Shown: in pieces, positions 61,591 through 64,000 of the stretch
Numbering within the stretch: the first letter of the stretch is position 1
How the letters are laid out: each line of letters begins with the position of its first letter
NCBI GenBank assembly: GCA_022825825.1
Contig: JAJDWA010000037.1
Location: 34 to 64,033 of the forward strand
Origin: Candidatus Poribacteria bacterium
GTDB taxonomy: Bacteria; Poribacteria; WGA-4E; WGA-3G
DNA length: 64,000 bases
Direction of reading: 5' to 3'
Made by a program: the position numbers and the translations under genes
Notes under the pieces: model-generated
The model's database searches: none
The model's input: only the letters and a program-made list of their open reading frames with translations
Told to the model about the DNA's origin: nothing

Positions 61591-63051
61591 TCAATTGGTG
61601 AAAAACCTTTCAATAGTTTCTGATGATGGCGGTTTTGTGAGCAGAGAAACAGTTATCAAGGTTAATGAAGATACAAGGATAATTACTGCTACAGGCATAA
61701 TTCCTGTCCCACCAACAGTATATCCAGGGATTTTCCAATTGTTTAAAAAGAAATATAACCATAATAGTATAACACTTATGATGGATGCGAGAACACCATG
61801 CTTTGTGCTTCGTTTCCAAAACAGGGCAGCGACTACTATCGGAAATAGTCCAGCAAAACCTGTGAAAGACCAAATTGCGAGCTTAAAGATACTCGGTGCA
61901 GCAATAAGAGAAATAATATAGGTAATGCAGAGGATACAAATCACAAATAAGCGTCCAACCTGGACCTGTTGTTTTTCGGACATCTGGTCTTGTCCACGTT
62001 TTCTAAGGTAAGGACGAATGATGTCGTGCGTAAACATGCTCCCAAGAGATAGCGATTGTGAATCTAATGAAGACATGATTGCTGCAAACACACCTGCTGC
62101 TAAAAAACCTGATAAAATGCCAGGTGCATATTGACGAATCATCTCAATTAATACCGTGTTAACTTCTGGCCCCTTTAAACCCAGAAAATCCACATTGCCC
62201 AATATTCCAAGTAGTACACTTGGAATCCAAACAATTGCGATACAGATCGGATACAAAATTATTGGGTAGCGGAACGTGCTAACATCTTTCGCAGTCAGAC
62301 AGTGTGAGAAGATATGCGGAAACATGCCAACAGAAAGCGGAATGCAGGTGTATGTCAAAAGTTCTAACGGTTTGATGTGGTTAGACTGCATCAATAAACT
62401 TGTATCAACTTTTGAAAGCGCACCTGAAAATCCGCCCATACGCTTCATGATGATTACAAAGGCAATGCCTCCAAGTGTCATGAAAACAAGCGTTTGAAAC
62501 GTATTAACCCATGCTGTGCCGCGCATACCACTATAAGTTACATAGCAGAGAACAACGGCACAAATTAGTAATCCACCTAACCATTGTGGAATCGTGCCCT
62601 CTGTAATTGTAGACAATGTTCCACCACCACCCATTACGCCAATAAGCAGGTAGGGAATAAGCAGCAGTACGAGTACGATGAAAAGCAATAAACCTAACCT
62701 ATGCGATTCCCATCGATCGCGGAAGTATTGTACTTGTGTTATGTAGCCAAATCTTTTTCCGATCTGCCATAGGCGTGTGCCGATAAAGAGGAATACACAC
62801 GGCACAACAATTGCGGATGAAGATGCCATTAGAGCAAAAACACCGATACCTCTGTGGTAAGCCTCACGGGATGCGCCGAGGATAGAAAACGCTGTCATGT
62901 GTGTCCCAAAGAGTGACATTAGCAGCATAAACCAACTAATGTTACGGCTCGCCACAAAATAGTCTTCGCCAGTTTTTTGGAAAAACTTATGACTTAGAAT
63001 ACCTATGCTCAGCACTAAAGCCAAATAGATAATGATGACCGCCAAGATCAT
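61591..63051 (-). CDS. Sodium:solute symporter (SSS family)
   Basis: About 13 TM segments. Motifs GMRGTAWVNTFQ and DYFVASR. The start was trimmed to MILAVIII at 63051, which overlaps the upstream stop as ATGA. Confidence 0.85.
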   Translation of the reverse strand: MILAVIIIYLALVLSIGILSHKFFQKTGEDYFVASRNISWFMLLMSLFGTHMTAFSILGASREAYHRGIGVFALMASSSAIVVPCVFLFIGTRLWQIGKRFGYITQVQYFRDRWESHRLGLLLFIVLVLLLIPYLLIGVMGGGGTLSTITEGTIPQWLGGLLICAVVLCYVTYSGMRGTAWVNTFQTLVFMTLGGIAFVIIMKRMGGFSGALSKVDTSLLMQSNHIKPLELLTYTCIPLSVGMFPHIFSHCLTAKDVSTFRYPIILYPICIAIVWIPSVLLGILGNVDFLGLKGPEVNTVLIEMIRQYAPGILSGFLAAGVFAAIMSSLDSQSLSLGSMFTHDIIRPYLRKRGQDQMSEKQQVQVGRLFVICILCITYIISLIAAPSIFKLAIWSFTGFAGLFPIVVAALFWKRSTKHGVLASIISVILLWLYFFLNNWKIPGYTVGGTGIMPVAVIILVSSLTLITVSLLTKPPSSETIERFFTN

Positions 63052-63242
63052 TTTTCCCTCCAAACAAATTTGACTAAGGAGAACATGAGTAGAGATGCGG
63101 CGAGGCAAAACACGATGTGGTATAGCAATCCGATTGGTAGTCCAAAAATCAGTTCAGGTGTTCCCCAGAACCAAAAATCGTTGTGGAGAATGAACAGTAC
63201 CACCAGCAAACTATATAGCACCCACCTAAGTGTAGTTTTCAT
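63048..63242 (-). CDS. DUF3311-type small membrane protein paired with the SSS transporter
   Basis: 64 aa with two TM segments and an HNDFWFW motif. The ATGA overlap suggests translational coupling to the symporter. Confidence 0.7.
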   Translation of the reverse strand: MKTTLRWVLYSLLVVLFILHNDFWFWGTPELIFGLPIGLLYHIVFCLAASLLMFSLVKFVWREK

Positions 63243-64000
63243 GGTTTAACTTCCCTTTACGCCAATTATAGTAAAAGATAGAAACGCTCGCAAGCAGTGT
63301 TATCCCGTGTAGCCACATGAAGTTCATTTCAGTGGGTATAAAAAAGAGGATTGGTACTGCTATGAACATTAGACAACGTTCCCACAATAAAAGTTTTCTA
63401 AAAGCATACCCTGCTATGCTCGATGCAAAAATAACAGTGCCAGCCAATGTGGGTAAAAGGTTTATAAGAACAGTCCATATTTCTGGTGTGCCACCCTCTG
63501 CATTGAGCAACAGTAATTCTGGACGTAGTACAAACGCATAAGGCAACGCAAAACCTACAAGTGCGAACCGAAACGCGGCGAACGCGGTCTGCATAATGTT
63601 GGCATCTGCTATTGCTGCAGCAGTATACGCAGCAAGCGCAACAGGGGGTGTGACCATTGACATCATCCCAAAATAAAAAATAAAAAAGTGTGCCGCAAGT
63701 GGAACTACTCCTAAGTCAAGCAGCACTTGTCCAACCAAGATTGCCATCAATAGATAACAGACTGATGACGGGAGGCCCATCCCCAAAATAATTGTGGAAA
63801 TCATGAGCAGAAAAAGCGCAAAGATTAAATTAGTTTCTGCAAGGGGTAATAAAACACCGGGCAGTTTTGAGCCGACACCGGTCAGTGTAACAACTCCTAA
63901 GATAATTCCAACACAAGATGCAGCAGCTACCAGCGACACGCCACTATGTGCAGCGTTTTCCATAGATTTTAGAATGCCAGAAATTCCAACACGAGTTTGT
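63226..64000 (-). CDS. TRAP transporter fused permease (DctM-like, TAXI type), 5-prime end outside the window
   Basis: FFIFYFGMMSMVTPPVALAAYTAAAIA is typical of the TRAP large permease. The frame stays open to the window edge. Confidence 0.8.
   Translation of the reverse strand, partial: QTRVGISGILKSMENAAHSGVSLVAAASCVGIILGVVTLTGVGSKLPGVLLPLAETNLIFALFLLMISTIILGMGLPSSVCYLLMAILVGQVLLDLGVVPLAAHFFIFYFGMMSMVTPPVALAAYTAAAIADANIMQTAFAAFRFALVGFALPYAFVLRPELLLLNAEGGTPEIWTVLINLLPTLAGTVIFASSIAGYAFRKLLLWERCLMFIAVPILFFIPTEMNFMWLHGITLLASVSIFYYNWRKGKLNHENYT

Overview
This is a 64-kb chromosomal segment from a bacterium that looks like an uncultivated diderm lineage. The lineage is only a guess. It rests on a T9SS-type C-terminal sorting domain, lipobox lipoproteins, and many eukaryote-like repeat proteins (WD40, LRR, NHL, HEAT). 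Layout: coaBC-gmk-ferredoxin lie on the minus strand. Next comes a ~13-kb plus-strand island of four tandem paralogous genes. Each encodes a complete ECF sigma factor fused through one TM helix to a ~750-aa BNR/Asp-box propeller ectodomain, and each has its own conserved ECF-type promoter. After that, about 48 kb is exclusively minus-strand. It holds, in order: a lipoprotein / NHL / 1230-aa envelope-protein operon; ROK glucokinase and galK; an LRR-dockerin protein; a signalling block (STAS, Cache-HAMP-PAS histidine kinase, HEAT protein, receiver-PP2C phosphatase, RsbW-like kinase, second STAS) ending in a degenerate AccD-like zinc-ribbon protein; rsmG and mnmG; a WD40-cohesin-dockerin-T9SS-CTD protein; an Rpn-type nuclease; an M28 peptidase; recR-ybaB-dnaX; a long (Alu-domain) SRP RNA; six tRNAs (all four Ser isoacceptors, Ala, Arg-ACG) interleaved with tadA; a PhyH dioxygenase; a 1430-codon ORF; an orphan sugar ABC permease; TatD; a sugar-acid catabolism trio interrupted by a Uma2 nuclease; an ECF sigma with a DUF4097 partner; a GT4 glycosyltransferase; and SSS and TRAP transporters. 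The most unusual object is the 1430-codon ORF. It fuses an ECF sigma factor, a bona fide FtsZ and a C-terminally truncated DNA polymerase III alpha subunit with no intervening stop codons. Other non-standard signals are the sigma-propeller array, the catalytically degenerate AccD homologue at the end of a partner-switching module that has no sigma gene, and a small family of hairpin repeats with a conserved 12-nt core and compensatory stems. No CRISPR array, rRNA or intact mobile element was seen. All calls come from reading the ORF translations and the nucleotide sequence by eye; no database search was run.
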